Below are positions 1 to 13,100 of a DNA stretch of 64,000 bases, piece by piece. The notes beneath the pieces are model-generated. The model saw nothing but the letters and a program-made list of their open reading frames with translations, was not told where the DNA came from and did no database searches. The stretch is taken from positions 574,106-638,105 of the forward strand of contig NW_003314344.1 of assembly GCF_000143415.4 (NCBI RefSeq), given 5' to 3'. Origin of the DNA: Selaginella moellendorffii (lineage: Eukaryota > Plantae > Lycopodiophyta). Position 1 is the first letter of the stretch; the number at the start of each line of letters is the position of its first letter. Both the position numbers and the translations under genes were made by a program.

Positions 1-640
1 GCAAGCACCACGACAGTGTCTCTTTCAAGCATGGTCATAAAACATCTCCAAGGTTCCTGGATTGAGATCAAGTTTCTGTGGCAGTGAGTCAAACAAAATC
101 TTAGGTTTGTGTAAATGCCTGGTCATTGTATATCGATCAAGCATCGTGTTCCAACGAGATCTCTCTTTGGCATTGAGTCATACACTGACACTAAGATTTG
201 CATGTTTAATGTAAGCGCTTAACATAGACCACAAGAGATGAGCCAGACTTGTCTCATATACCAGTTCTGCAAGCGTCTCTGGCAAACAATTCAACACAAA
301 CTTGGCCTCCTCAACATGCCCATTTCCGTGGCACTCGGATGCCCGGGCATAAGGCGATACCATCGTTGTCCACCACAAGATCTGGATTGGAAATCTGGAA
401 GAAGAAGTGCCTGGAGTTTCCAGACCCCGCGGGTGGAAGGAACACCCGATCGCCCTTCACGCATTCCTATGTCCACACAAATGAATCGTTTGGGTCCGCA
501 CTCTGCCAAGCTCCCACACCGTCCATACATTGGAGCTCATCCATGATTGTCAGCCTCGGGAAGTGCTCCAAGCATAGCATTTTCTCAGTCAAAATCAACC
601 AAAATTCAAGTATATTCATTAGGATGAGCTTCATCTTGAG
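1..640 (-). pseudogene. Degenerate PLS-class PPR gene, paralog of 48777..50489
   Basis: Fragments MYGRCGSL, WTTMVSPYARA and NGHVEEAKFV match the intact PPR at 48777 but lie in different frames with deletions; it runs off the window start. Confidence 0.8.
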
Positions 641-749
641 CAAATGCGCAGCATCGCCTTCACTCACCCATCCCGCTCCAGATGCTAGCAGCATCATTAC
701 AGATTTTCAGTGCTATCATTGGCAGCGACATTCTTACAGTCTCGTAAAA

Positions 750-3700
750 GCTAATAGGCTCAAGGGAATATACCAATCTTCATGTATCATCTTGACACTA
801 TAAACCAATATGTGTCCAAGGATAATATCAAATGGATCCAATTTTATATCATTGTGTTTTTCCTGTGTTTGATAGTAATCATGTTTTCTATATTGCTGAG
901 AATTTTTAAATAATGTGAAATTTATAAATGTATGTTTGTGAATTCTAATCATAACTCATTTCTTCACTTTGTAAGTATCATTTATCCATTCTAAAGACTG
1001 GTTGTGAGCATGAAATTCCAAAAGCACTCAAAGGCACTCATACAACTTTAATAGTGTTTCAAACCTATATCCTCTATTTTGAGTTTAAGTTATTCGTAAT
1101 GTTTGTTTGACTAAATATAGCTCAAGGCTTTACATATGTTATCCCCTACTAAACTATATCAAAAAATATTTATTTGCACTTAATTCTCTCTAGAGCATAA
1201 TAAGGATGAAAATTTAATTGTTTGTCCACACACCCCACATGACATTGTACTACTTTGTCAAGTCATGCATATGCAATAAAAATCCTTAACACTTGAAATG
1301 ACAAAAAAATGCTCTTTGTCATTTTTTTTATAACCAATTAATGTAAATAGACTATATATCTCAAAAAGGATCTTGGACCCAAGAGTATATATTATATTTC
1401 AATTGGGAATTCTTGTTAAATTATATATACCTTTTGTAGTCACTAGCTTGTGAACTAACATTGATTCATTAGCAAATATTAGGCAATTTTCGTATATTAA
1501 TATAGATTTTTACTGTGCATTTCCAGTGTGTACTGCTCTAGTAAAGTTAACAAATGTGGGCTCTAGTAATATAGACTCTAATAAGTATTGTGTTATTGCA
1601 GATTGTTGTGTTTCTTTTATGACACTAGAGTTTTAGAAAAAATTTTGAACTCCATCTTTTTTAAGTCCATCTTTATATAGTATGTCAACTTCATTTGTCA
1701 ATATTATCTCCTCATCAATTTTCATTTCCTCAATATGCATAGTCTCTTTAAATTTAGTTAAAACTCCATTTGTAAACATTAATTCCTTCCACTATGCGCT
1801 ATGGTCTCTACAACATTTTTGGTATGTAATAAATCCTTTAGTAACTCAAATTGTAAATACTACTTTCTCAACTAATACATTAGCAATAACTCTTTTTTGT
1901 AAACACCATCTCCTTGACCACTATATTGACAATAGCCCCACTTATGAACACTATCTCCTCAACCACCATATTAATAACAACCCCACTTCTGAATACTGTT
2001 TTCTCAATTAAAACATTGCATCAGTAGCTTGAATTTATCTTCTACTAATAAGGTAGTTGTGAACACTATTTCTTCCACTAAGATAATTTTGTCAATCATC
2101 ATAGCATTTTGAATTTTTTATGGACTGTCTTTTTGGGATAGACAACTGTTGGATTGATGTTATTATTTTTAGCCATTGAATGGTGAAGATACTATTTAAA
2201 TAATATATTATTTAGAACACAATATTACATATCAATTATTCTTCTATTTGCATTATCCAGTTATGGTATGTTACCTAGTTCCCTTGGTCTCATATTATTT
2301 ATATAAAAAAAAATTATTACATGTTTTATTCTTCTACATACCAATTGTTCTTATCTACATCATGGTTTGGTACTTTTATTATAAGGTGGGTTGTTTAATG
2401 TCTCATCATGTTTATCAATGTTTATTTGAGTTGTGCTACCAAATAGCTTGTGTACTATGAAAAAGATGGGAGATACAAGAATGTATTATAGGAATCAAGT
2501 TTGGCATGAAGCCATATGCCAAAAAAACTAAAAATGCATTTAAACATACTTTTTATAAAAATATATAGAATCGTATTTTTTTTGAGAGCATATGTTATAA
2601 AAATAAAATGTAACCCCTGTAACAATTAATACACATACATAGAAAATATTGGTTTTGGCATGTGAACATATGGTAAAAGAAAACTTCTTTATGATAGTGT
2701 GGGATATTTTCCAAAAATATTGGCATGACCCTCAATAAGTCAAAATCTCATGCTTGGATTAAAAATAAAAATAAAATAATTTTTTTTAGTAAACCTAGAA
2801 ACAAAAGACAAATCATGTAGGAAATTAAATATAAGATGCCACACCCAAAGCTAACTGCACAAATTGAAACTTCATTTAATCAAACACAAGAATGGCAATG
2901 GAAAGAGCTTTTAGCATATTAAATCAACATAATTTTTCTTTGTATTATAATTAAAGATGATTATTTTGTTGCTTTTTGTTAGGTTTTAGATTCTCTTGAA
3001 ACGAAATGATTCAAGACTTGACAATATCAAAAATCACATCACTGTATGTTGTATCTTATACAATATGTGCATAACTCATAAATAGATTTGATCTTTCATG
3101 GATTGATCAAGCTAAGAAGAAGCTAATAAGATTAATTCAATTTGAGAAGGAAGCATCAGAACACATTCAGTCACTTAAAGCACAAGGTGTCAAATAAATC
3201 AGTTGTACAACAGTATATAGACTATATCAAATTAAAGTAGAAAATGTAAATGCTAGAGATGAATTACAACGTGTATTAGATGGCTTTGATCAACTTAAAG
3301 CTAGTGGAATTTGATTGAAAATAGAAGCACAGAAAAATGTCAAACATTGTGATTGTCAAGCACAAACATTATTCCAAATTTGAGCAAAACAACTCGTCCA
3401 TGATCAATCTCTATAAGAGATTGATTCTTCAGAAGATGAAGATTAAATTATCTTGCTAGTACAAAATAAAAATTAAAAAAATCAAATAAAACATCTCAAA
3501 GTTAGTTCACAAAAGTATCAAAGAACACTTACATGCCTTTCATAACTTAAATTGACTATTCCATGTAATTGATAGTCTTTTCTCTAGTGTTCTTGATAAC
3601 CTTGATCAATGAATCCTCACCATCATCTTCTTTCTTCACTTTCTTGTGTTGAGTATTTGGTCCTTTAGTGTTGTCCATTTTTGTGTGATTAGTAACAATA

Positions 3701-4600
3701 ATAGTATAAGTAGTAGTACTCTACTCCACATTCACCACCTCTAATGGTTCTTTAAAAAATCCAGCATGAACAACTTTCTTTATTTAAGGTTTTTTTGAGA
3801 ATTTAGCATGATAAAACTTGCATTTCTTAGACATGTAATATTTTGAAAAGAAAAAATAAATGAAAGAGATATTATCAAAGGGAAAACAATTACCTATCAT
3901 TTCCAAAGATATTGTTGTAAGCTTTATCCTCCATATAATCTTTCCACATTTTCTTCCACTTATTCCTACAAATTATGAAGTCCTTGTCAAAGTCTAGACA
4001 AACACTCATAAGTCTAGCAAGTAATTTGCCCCAAATATCTACTCCCTGCTTTGGAGGTTTTTTGAATTCATCTTCCATCTCAAATTTGATGTAATGTAAT
4101 TGTTCTATCTCAAATTCAATGTAGATTAACTGTAACACCCAATGGTCCTTCCACTTAACCCATTTCCCTTTTTCATCCTTCACTTTTTCTACTTTCACCT
4201 CTTGTTACACCATATTATTTTCCTTCTTTGCTCGACTTGGAATTGATTAGTTTAGATTTTGAAAATTTAGAGTTAAATGGTTTAAAGTTTGAAAGTTTAG
4301 AGTTGAAATGGTTACAATGGTTTGTGGTGGTATGAGAAGAGTATTTGATAAGGCTGTAAAAAGGCATTTAACACAAAATGAAGAAGAAATACAAAGGGAA
4401 AATAATACTTGATTGAATGGCTTAAGATGAAGTTGGAATAAAGGATAAAATATACCTTTTGGTGGCCATTCCATAAGAACTTGATCCTCTTGAGATTTAA
4501 CCCTAGTGTCATGTCACTAGTAATCTCTAGAGGAATACATCAAGAAGTACCTTCAATTGTATAATAGACATATGGACTAACTGCCTCAAAGCTTGACCTT
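750..4600. mobile_element. Highly decayed AT-rich transposon-like relic with a Myb/SANT-like (trihelix) remnant at 3890..4198 (-)
   Basis: Remnant W...L...CRNKWKKMWKDY resembles Myb/SANT-like DNA-binding domains of trihelix and Harbinger-type proteins. The rest is stop-riddled and no termini were identified. Confidence 0.35.
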
Positions 4601-4792
4601 AAACTTAACCTTAATGAACTATTGACCTTAAATGATGTAAGATGGTGGTGACTTGCCTGATTCCACTCTGGTCACTCTTGCGCTTGCTCTAGGACAAGTA
4701 GTACGGCTGGAGATAATCAATTGTCCAACTCATTAAGTAAAAATTTATTTACTTTTAGTGTAGTTTAGTATAAATGATTTATTGTTTATCCT

Positions 4793-5722
4793 TCACATCT
4801 TATTCTTCTGGAACCACTCTATGAATGAGCTCATACCAGTCTCAAATGGAGTATATGATTCAAGGAGCAAGAGCTTTGTTGGAGGTTCATAAGGTACCTC
4901 CCAGGGTGGCCGATTAAAATTAGCTACTTCTTCAACATTAGCTTCCTTGTTTGTAAGCTTTGCAATAGCTTTAATCACGCGTCTAAAAGAGATAGGCCGC
5001 CATGGTGTCCCAATGTCAAAAAGATTCACCATTCCAATGCTGTGAGTTGACAAGATACTATTGATCATCACAGTCACTGCATCATCAATGTATATATAAT
5101 TTTGTCGCCCTCTACTGAGTGGAACCAGAGCCCCATGCACAATCTGATCAACAAATGTGTAATATGGAAAGTCAGGACGACCGTATCTCCCATAAACTGT
5201 ACTAAACCTCCACTCCACAATTGGAAATGGTAGCTCTGGTGCCAAAGATTCCACCAGCTTTTCCCCAGACCGGCTTGATGGTATGTAGAACCGACTAGGG
5301 CTTGCAAAAAAGAAACCTTGGGTTGATGGACCACTGCATGCTGCATCAATCAATGACTTTATAGTTCTTTCATTGTCCTCTAAATTCCAGCTATGCTCCT
5401 GCTGTGTAAAATCTACCACAATGTTTGGCTTTTTACTCCTCGTCACTGACATGGCCAGCTTTGGATCTGTTGCACTTCCAATAATCACTTCAATGCCCTT
5501 GTTCTCCAGAAGAAGAGTCCTCTCTGAACGCACCAAATCCAAACCTGTCACCACAAATCGGAGGTTGCGATGATTGTGTGCCGCCAATCCCAAAGCAAGT
5601 TGGCTACCAAGGAAACCACTTGCACCCACAATCAAAACCCGAAGCTCCTTCTTCTTTTTCAGTTGGAAGATTGCCCATCCAATTAGCAAAAGTGCGAAGA
5701 CAATGAGCAATAAAAAAGACAT
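4793..5722 (-). CDS. Membrane-anchored NAD-dependent epimerase/SDR, UDP-glucuronate 4-epimerase-like (atypical), intronless, 309 aa
   Basis: N-terminal hydrophobic anchor, Rossmann motif VLIVGASGFLG, WRFSTVYGRYGRPD (GAE: RFFTVYGPWGRPD), NYIYIDDAV and a C-terminal FETGMSSFIEWF. Confidence 0.8.
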   Translation of the reverse strand: MSFLLLIVFALLLIGWAIFQLKKKKELRVLIVGASGFLGSQLALGLAAHNHRNLRFVVTGLDLVRSERTLLLENKGIEVIIGSATDPKLAMSVTRSKKPNIVVDFTQQEHSWNLEDNERTIKSLIDAACSGPSTQGFFFASPSRFYIPSSRSGEKLVESLAPELPFPIVEWRFSTVYGRYGRPDFPYYTFVDQIVHGALVPLSRGRQNYIYIDDAVTVMINSILSTHSIGMVNLFDIGTPWRPISFRRVIKAIAKLTNKEANVEEVANFNRPPWEVPYEPPTKLLLLESYTPFETGMSSFIEWFQKNKM

Positions 5723-6559
5723 GGTGTTTCTCGAGCCCTAAACTAGGGTAGTTTCGTCAAATTATAATTTACTCCTAATCAGGTGCTGAGATGGAAGTTA
5801 TTCGTGCGTGAACCATCTTCCACATCACCTAGACTACGTCTGTCCATTTTCTTTTCTTATGTTTCAGATATGCTTAGCCTCCACCGGATGACAACATCTT
5901 AAGCGTTTCTGCTCTTGTGTGAACTTCTTTTCGGGTTGGCCATGACAGCAGTGCCCCAGCCACCGCTTCCGTGTGACGCTGGTGCTCAGGAAGGAGATCT
6001 GGCGAGTGACGAGTTGGAGCTGGAATCTTCGGAAGAAGAGGTACTCTCTTGATTTGAGAAAGTGTATGTATTGATGAGCCCAGTACAATGAAGAAGGTAG
6101 AAACACGAAAGCAAGTGGGCGACAGCAAAGGATGCTTCTTGAGGCTACGACTGCTATTCAGGTTTGCTATGCTTTCTTGTTTCTCCTCAGCTAAACATGG
6201 TATTTACAGATCAAAATTGCTTCCACAGTGGAAGAGAAATCGAAGGATACGAAGAAGTCATGCAACTCGGGAGGAGCCAGGGAAACGAAAGCTCTCACTT
6301 GGAGAAGGTTCCATGTTTAAAGTGAGTTGTTTCTTTCGGTTGTGTTATGTCAACTGTTCTGTCATTTTCAGAACTACTGCCTGGAACTGTTGTATATTGA
6401 AAATTTGGCAAAGGAAGTCGCCCTCTTGAAGATGGTAAGAAACCCGCAGATTTTTCTTTCCTTTTGCTTTCTTTCCAAGTTTTTAAGAGGTTGGATTCGT
6501 AAATGTACAGGAAGATCGCATGAAAGGCCAATCTGCAGAGATTGCAGGAGACACTCTGG

Positions 6560-6800
6560 TAAGTGGACAGGTCATTTTATTTCTTTCAATCATCATCGCG
6601 TCTGCGACTCTGATTGCTCGCTCCAGATCGCGATAGATCCACACGCCGCAAGAACAGTCTTGCAAGCCACCTCGTCCGGGGGAAAGGGCATACTCGCCAG
6701 CAATCCTCGGAGCAGGCATTCCTTATGGATCGGAAGTGCCTCAACAATCTTCTGTGAGAATCCCTGGACCTCCATCTCTGGAAACATCCGGCCTAAGATA
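6560..6800 (-). pseudogene. PPR E-domain fragment
   Basis: LLASMPFPPDEVACKTVLAAC matches the PLS-PPR E-motif pattern (MPF.PD...W.TLL.AC). Confidence 0.6.
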
Positions 6801-6910
6801 CGTGACGAATATAACTTTATCCCCTTGGCAAAATTTATTTCTTTTCTTTTCTTTTAGTCTTTTGAGCCTTAACATTGCGCTCACATTTGGCAAATTCTAG
6901 CGAGCGCGCG

Positions 6911-8295
6911 ATGGAGCGCGCGATGGAGCTGGCCGTGAGGGGAATCGGGATCATCCCCGCCTGTCGTACGCATCTGGCTCGGAGGCGCTCAGGTGGTGAT
7001 TTCTCGTGGCTTCAGATCATGCTGGCCCTCGTCGCCATTCTTGCAGCCGCCATGCTCGCCATGGGTATCTCGATGACTGTCCAGCTCCGCAAGGAAAAGG
7101 AGAAGCCGATCAGGGTCGTCGTGGTGGGGGCAAGCGGCTTCCTCGGCTATCACCTTGCTCTGGGTTTGCAGGGAAATGAGAAGCCCAAGGTCCGTGTTGT
7201 GGGGATCGATGCCAGACACACCGAGAGATCCAGGCTGCTTGACAAGGCTGGAGTGCACATGATCTACGGGAATGTGACTGCCAAGGATCTGGTCGCCAAC
7301 GTGGTCAAGCTTGCCAGGCCCCAGGATTTCTCACAGCAGGAGCATGCCTACTGCCTGCCCATCAACCAGCGCACTCTGGGCGGGACCATCGACGCAGCCA
7401 CGACGAGCGACTCTGTGCGTGGTGTCTTCTTTGCCAGCCCCAACCGCTTCTACATGCCGTCGTCTCGATCGGGGGAAGAACTTGCAGCTCTCAAGGCGGG
7501 TTATCTTCATCTTGAAGATAACTACATCTACATCTTCCTGTTATCGAATGGCGATTTAGTACTGTTTATGGAGAGTTCGGACGGCCTGATTTCCCGTATT
7601 TCAAGTTTGCCGAACAGATTGTTGGCGGGCAGAAGGTCCCTCTTTGGCGGCAGAGGATCGGAAACCAGAACTACATCCACGTCGATGATGCTGTGAAAGT
7701 CATGAAACAGATGGTGTTGGGAATCGCTCAAGTTCCCGGTGTTGTCACTGTGGTGGACATCGGCACTCCAGAGCCACCTCTATCGTTCAGGCAAGTGATC
7801 GAGGTCGTTTCCAGGTTGACAGGCAAGGAGGCATTGGTCGAGGAGGCGGACAACCTGAATCCGCCACCATGGGAAGTTTCTTACGTTGCTCCTACTCAGC
7901 TCTATCTGTTGGATCACTACATCAGCTTTGACACGGGGATGAGGCGTTTTCTGGAGTGGTATGAACAGCGGAAAAAGAGGTATTACTTCTGTTGTACTTC
8001 CTTTTTGTTAATTTTGCTTTTGTTGTTTACAGGGCTGCGTTTGTGCTTCAGTCGCTCAATCAAACCAAGGTTTGACTGTTCTACTAAGTTCTACTCTGAG
8101 AGAACGTCTGAGAGAGAGAGAGAGAGGCTCCTTTCCAAAGCCAGTTTTGACTCGTTACAAATAAAAATGACGTATTCCTTTTCTATGTCGCTAAGCAGCA
8201 ATCCATCAGAGCTCTGCCTCCAAAGACTGGGAGAAAAAAAAAGTCCAATAAGAAAACTAGGAGTCATTCATGTCGTTTACATGACTGGTTGCTAG
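6911..8295 (+). pseudogene. Frameshifted paralog of the GAE-like SDR at 4793..5722
   Basis: TM segment, VVVVGASGFLG and FFASPNRFYMPSSRSGE in one frame, then PVIEWRFSTVYGEFGRPD...NYIHVDDAV...FLEWY in another frame after a 23-bp insertion at 7514-7536. Homology ends near 7980; the in-frame stop is at 8295. Confidence 0.8.
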
Positions 8296-8309
8296 AAACT
8301 ATTCACAAT

Positions 8310-9492
8310 TCAGCAAGAAACTACTGGTTTGAATCCAATCGAAACTTCAGACCGGTCCCTGTAGTAAGATATGATTTGATTGTGCATTGTGTAGCTTCCT
8401 AAAACGTGGTTGGTCATACCAGGAGGAGCTCTTTTAAACCTGAAGCAGACGAGCTTTGTTCCCCGCACAAGATTTGAAACGCTGAAGCTGCTTTTGATTG
8501 CTAATGGCATGATGACGTAATCAACAGATGATTTGGCACCAGGCATGCTGAATTTGAGTGAAGTCTCTGGCAACTTAATTTTAGCAGCCCAAGCACTAAA
8601 CCTTTCATTTTTTATGTCGTAGCATAGTTGGTCGTTTTCTACATCTTCGTCATTGTTAAAAGTTGAGTAATTTTCTGGCGCTTTATAAACAGGCCAAGGA
8701 ATGTTTTTGATAAAGGTATCCTTGACTGTTTTGTAGCAGTCACCTGCCAATGCAGCATAAGAACTTCCTGTGTCTAAAATAACATCTTGATCACACTCTT
8801 TTCCTATAGTGAACCCATTTATTGTCATGCTATTTAGGTGAACTCCCCAATGATTATTTCTAACGTAATTTGTAATATTAATCCTTTGTAGCCGCTTTGT
8901 GTCGAATGCACCACCCTTAAATTGCATCGTCCCATTCAAGCGATCTGTTGTCTCGTTATAAACGCTACAGATTTCCATGCTTTTGATGTTATTTGTCCTG
9001 CTCATCTGGCTGAAGAAAGAAGATTCATGAAGCCCATGAGACAATATTCCGGCAATCCTGGTCACTTTGCCCAATGGAGTAGCATTAAGGAACAGCCCAT
9101 GCGGTACTACAATTCCTGTGGTACCACCTATTGCTATATCATATGCCTCAGCCATATAGCCTATTATGCCCGCTTCACCACCTCCATAAGTCACGTTAAT
9201 GTTACAACGCCCCTGGGAATAACTATAATCCCATTCACTAGCAAAGTCAGCACATTGATATTCGCTAAAACCATTCAGCTACTCTTGCCTTTTGGAGCTC
9301 GTTGGATTGCACCCAAGTGAACCTGCTACCTGTGTCCACAACCAAGGAAAATTCTGGAGAAGCTCTGGGGTCTCTAGACCTTGGATCCTTGATAATTAAA
9401 GTGGCTTCAGGCACATGAAATACTCCAAAGCGCAGATGAAAGCTAGAAACTCTTGTAGAAGTTATAAGCATCCAAAGTAACAAAGCTAACAT
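8310..9492 (-). pseudogene. Secreted pepsin-like (A1) aspartic protease, frameshifted
   Basis: Signal peptide, first catalytic VDTGSRFTWV, C..TYGGG flap, second ILDTGSS and C-terminal VLGSY...YRDRSEVSI. The two halves are in different frames with a break near 9270-9300. Confidence 0.75.
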
Positions 9493-9579
9493 GAAAAATA
9501 ATTGAAACTCAAAGGAAGAAGAAAATTTAAAAACTTACCCAAGAGAAAATGCCTAGAGCTCGTCCAGAGCGTCCAAACA

Positions 9580-9840
9580 CTCACAGCCGCCAGGGATCTG
9601 AGCGATGCTTCGATAGGATCACTGCCAAGAACACGGTGGCCTGGAACTCCATGCTGGTGGGACTCGCGAACCACGGCTGCGCCACCGGGGCGATCCAAAC
9701 CTTCCACGCGAAGCAGCTGATCGCCAACGCGGTGACGTTCGCGGCGGTGCCGAGCTCGTGCTCCCACGCGGGATCGATCGGCGAGGCCGGGCAGTGCTTC
9801 CAATCCATGGCGGCGGATTTCTTCGTCGCTGCTACACGCA
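9580..9840 (+). pseudogene. PLS PPR fragment
   Basis: CFDRITAKNTVAWNSMLVGLANHG...VTFAAVPSSCSHAGSIGEAGQCFQSM are typical terminal PLS repeats; there is no full gene. Confidence 0.75.
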
Positions 9841-10198
9841 TGCGTTGTGAGTTGAAAGGATTTCTCTTCCAGCGGCGGTGTCTTCCTCTCCAACAAGCTC
9901 ATCGAAATGCGTGGCCGGTGTAGAGCTTCAGCGCTATCCATCTCTGCTGCGCCAGGAGCCGTGGTGAACGAAGCAAGAGAGCAAGAGCCGCGCCAGAGAC
10001 AATGAACGAAACCAAGAGCTGTGAGACAGAAGCAAGAGCGAGCTGTTCAACTAATCTGTTTTAAAATGCAAGGACAATCCATGTTCTTCGTATTCACGCG
10101 GGGAAATTAGCCGTGGGGCTGCCCTGAAGAAGATAGTTTCTTTTTTTTTCCTGTGGTAATATAATACACAAAGAAGAAGATGGGGATATTTGTATCCT

Positions 10199-13100
10199 CT
10201 AGCAACTTAGCAGCTTGCGAGCCGATGTCAAGGTCCATTCCGCGGTGCTCGTCCTCATCAGATAGCCATTGGAGAGGTCCTCGTTGGACACCGGCGCAAT
10301 GCTGCCGCTCAGCCCAATCCCGTGGAGCTCCTGTTGCAGCCAATCCACGGCTCGCCTCCAGTCCTGCTTCCGACTTAGGACGTGCACACGGGACGCGGGG
10401 AACAAATCGACCAGCTTGACAATGAATTTGATCAGGCAGTACCTCTTGTGGACCGCTACTGCCTGCACACACACACACACACACACACGTCAGATTCACT
10501 CTGGAGCTTTTGGTTTCGTACCTTGCTGACTAGAAGGTCCAGAACTCCATTGGGGAAACTCTCGTAACCGAGGAGAAGAACCTCTTGTCTCGTCTGTTGG
10601 GAATAAAAACATCAGCTGGATCAGTTCTCTGTGACAAATCAGCTTTAGCTTTACCGCTTGCAAGCTATCTCCAAGTTGCAAAAGTCTGTACGCCAGTGAT
10701 AGAATAGGTTTCAATGCTTCACTATTTACAGCGTGATGAAGGGCCTCCATTACATCTTGCAACACGGCCTGCACGGAGTCACAGTTAGTTCGGCTTCCAA
10801 CATACGAACGAGCAACAACTTACCACACTAAACGTTTCATTACGCCAGGAACAAAATTCCACGAGTCTAATAACTTCCTCCTGTTCTGGACATGTCTTGA
10901 TCTGGTAGACAGGAAAGAAAAACAACTAAGCCTTCCAGACAAGAGTACGCAGCGCCACATACCAAAATTGAAGTGTACATTCGGTGCCTAAAGACACCTT
11001 CGGCCGCATCCTTTGGAATCAAACACAAGGAGCAAAACTGTTGAGGGTTCGATTGACAGGGCTTCGTTTCGGTGTCCGACTTCTTGTCGACTTCCGGTTC
11101 GTCTGTCATAATTTAGCGTCAGACAATCTGGACAACTTTAGAGCAATCAGCTTACCATAAAGTTTACTAGCATCGCAGCTCCTCACAAGCAAAGAGACGG
11201 CCGTGTGGAGGTACACCGCATCTTGTTTTGCTATTTGGAATTTAGTTGCAAATGTCACCTGCGTAAAGCATTTGGTGTCTAGCAAATGCCAGAGAATCTC
11301 AAAAGACAGAAGAAACGCACCAAATGACCCACAACAGCTTTCCGAAGCAAATGTAGGCGTGGATAGGGACCCAGTTTTACGTAGTCCAAAAGAACTTGGA
11401 AATACTGCAACAGACTTTAGTTGCAGTCTCAACTATAAGAGAATTGAGCTGTAAACCTGTTGGAGATATGACTTCGGTGACGCGGCTTCTCTCAGCAGTA
11501 TTACCAGCGTGTCAACCATGGCGTCGACATGCAAAGCGTCTTGCTGTCTACCACAATTGTCCACATAAAACACGTTCCCTTGATAAATATTTACGGCCGT
11601 CTTTAGAGCATGGACGAGAAGAGCAGCAAAAGCCTGTTAAATGGAACGATATCAGGAAAACTTACAAAGGATGAAACAAAAGCGTCATACCTGTCGAACT
11701 TCTTCAACGGGACACCGAAGGAGGAAATCCTGCACCCATTGCGGTCTCTCCACCAGCGTGTTGAGAAAACATCGACAGGCGATTATATTGTGATCCAGGA
11801 GCTTCCAGATCGTTACCTACAGAGCAAATGATTAGAAACAATGCAAGAAACGGTATTGACGAAATCATACCACTACCTTCCATTGATGAAAGTCTTCACG
11901 AAGGCTCCCGTGCGTTCTCAAATATACTCTAAACAAAAATTCTAAAGCTATCCTGATACTATGCTCTGCAAAATCGCTAGCATTCAAGTCCTTGGCCGCT
12001 AAATCGGCTTTACGTCCACTTGTCTCACCCTTCCTGTCTCGGCTGTCGTCAGGTCCACCAACATACCGAGGAGTCCTGCAGACGATAGTTTATAACAGAC
12101 ATTGGAAGACCGGAAAACGCACCTTCCCTCAATTACATCCGAGTTAGCCTCCACCAAACTGTAAAGAAACTTAAAATAATCCTTATCCAAGAGATGATTC
12201 TCGTGTACAAATCTGAAAGCCCATACGTCATTAGAGTCCGCAAAGTTAAGAATAGATCCCACAGCCTAACCTTAGATTTTCTTTTCGAACGCTTCGATGT
12301 ATTGAGCTTGGCATTCTTAGGCGCCTACAAAAAAAACAAAAAGAACTTCAAAATGTACCGACAATGAAAACTAGTAAATACCCTGTAAATAGTCGATCCA
12401 TAATCGACTTATCCTTCATTACTTGATCGCCTTCACCTGATACATTACACAGCAAAATAATTCGTGAATCCATGAACACAACTAACTACCTTTTGTGTGA
12501 GATGTCGTTGCTGGCGAGTCCATCGGAGCCTGCAAAGAGGACGTTATTGTCGAAAAGAACAAAGCCAAGATACATACGTAATTACGGGACCTTTCGTACA
12601 ACAACATGTACGCACTGTTCGGTCGATCGAAGTCCTAGACAGGAGACAAAACTTAGCAACTGAAACGACACCCAAATTGTGTACCTGTGGCGACATGGTT
12701 TTTAAAAAATTATCATACACGTCCACGCTGTATTTTCCACCGAAACAATCCTTCTCGAGATCGTTTACGTCATACGGTTCCACTCGTTTATCGTCAAAGG
12801 CAATCCACCTGGAATGCACAGGTGCAAGTTAGAAGCGAGGATCCAAGAATCGTAGTACCAACCTCTCAATATCCCCTTGCCTCTCTTTAATATACGAATA
12901 ATAATGTCCAGCAAATGCGGTCCCCGAATGTACAACTACACCCACCAAGTCATACTGATAGTAAGAGTCCGGTTTGGAGTTCAGGCCCCCATTCTCGTTG
13001 CAGATACTTCCATCAGTACCACCATTGCTTGTAGTGGCTGGGCTCGAGCTTTCTTGACTCATGCTGTCACGGAGGGCCAATCCTTCCACCGTAAAAGCTT

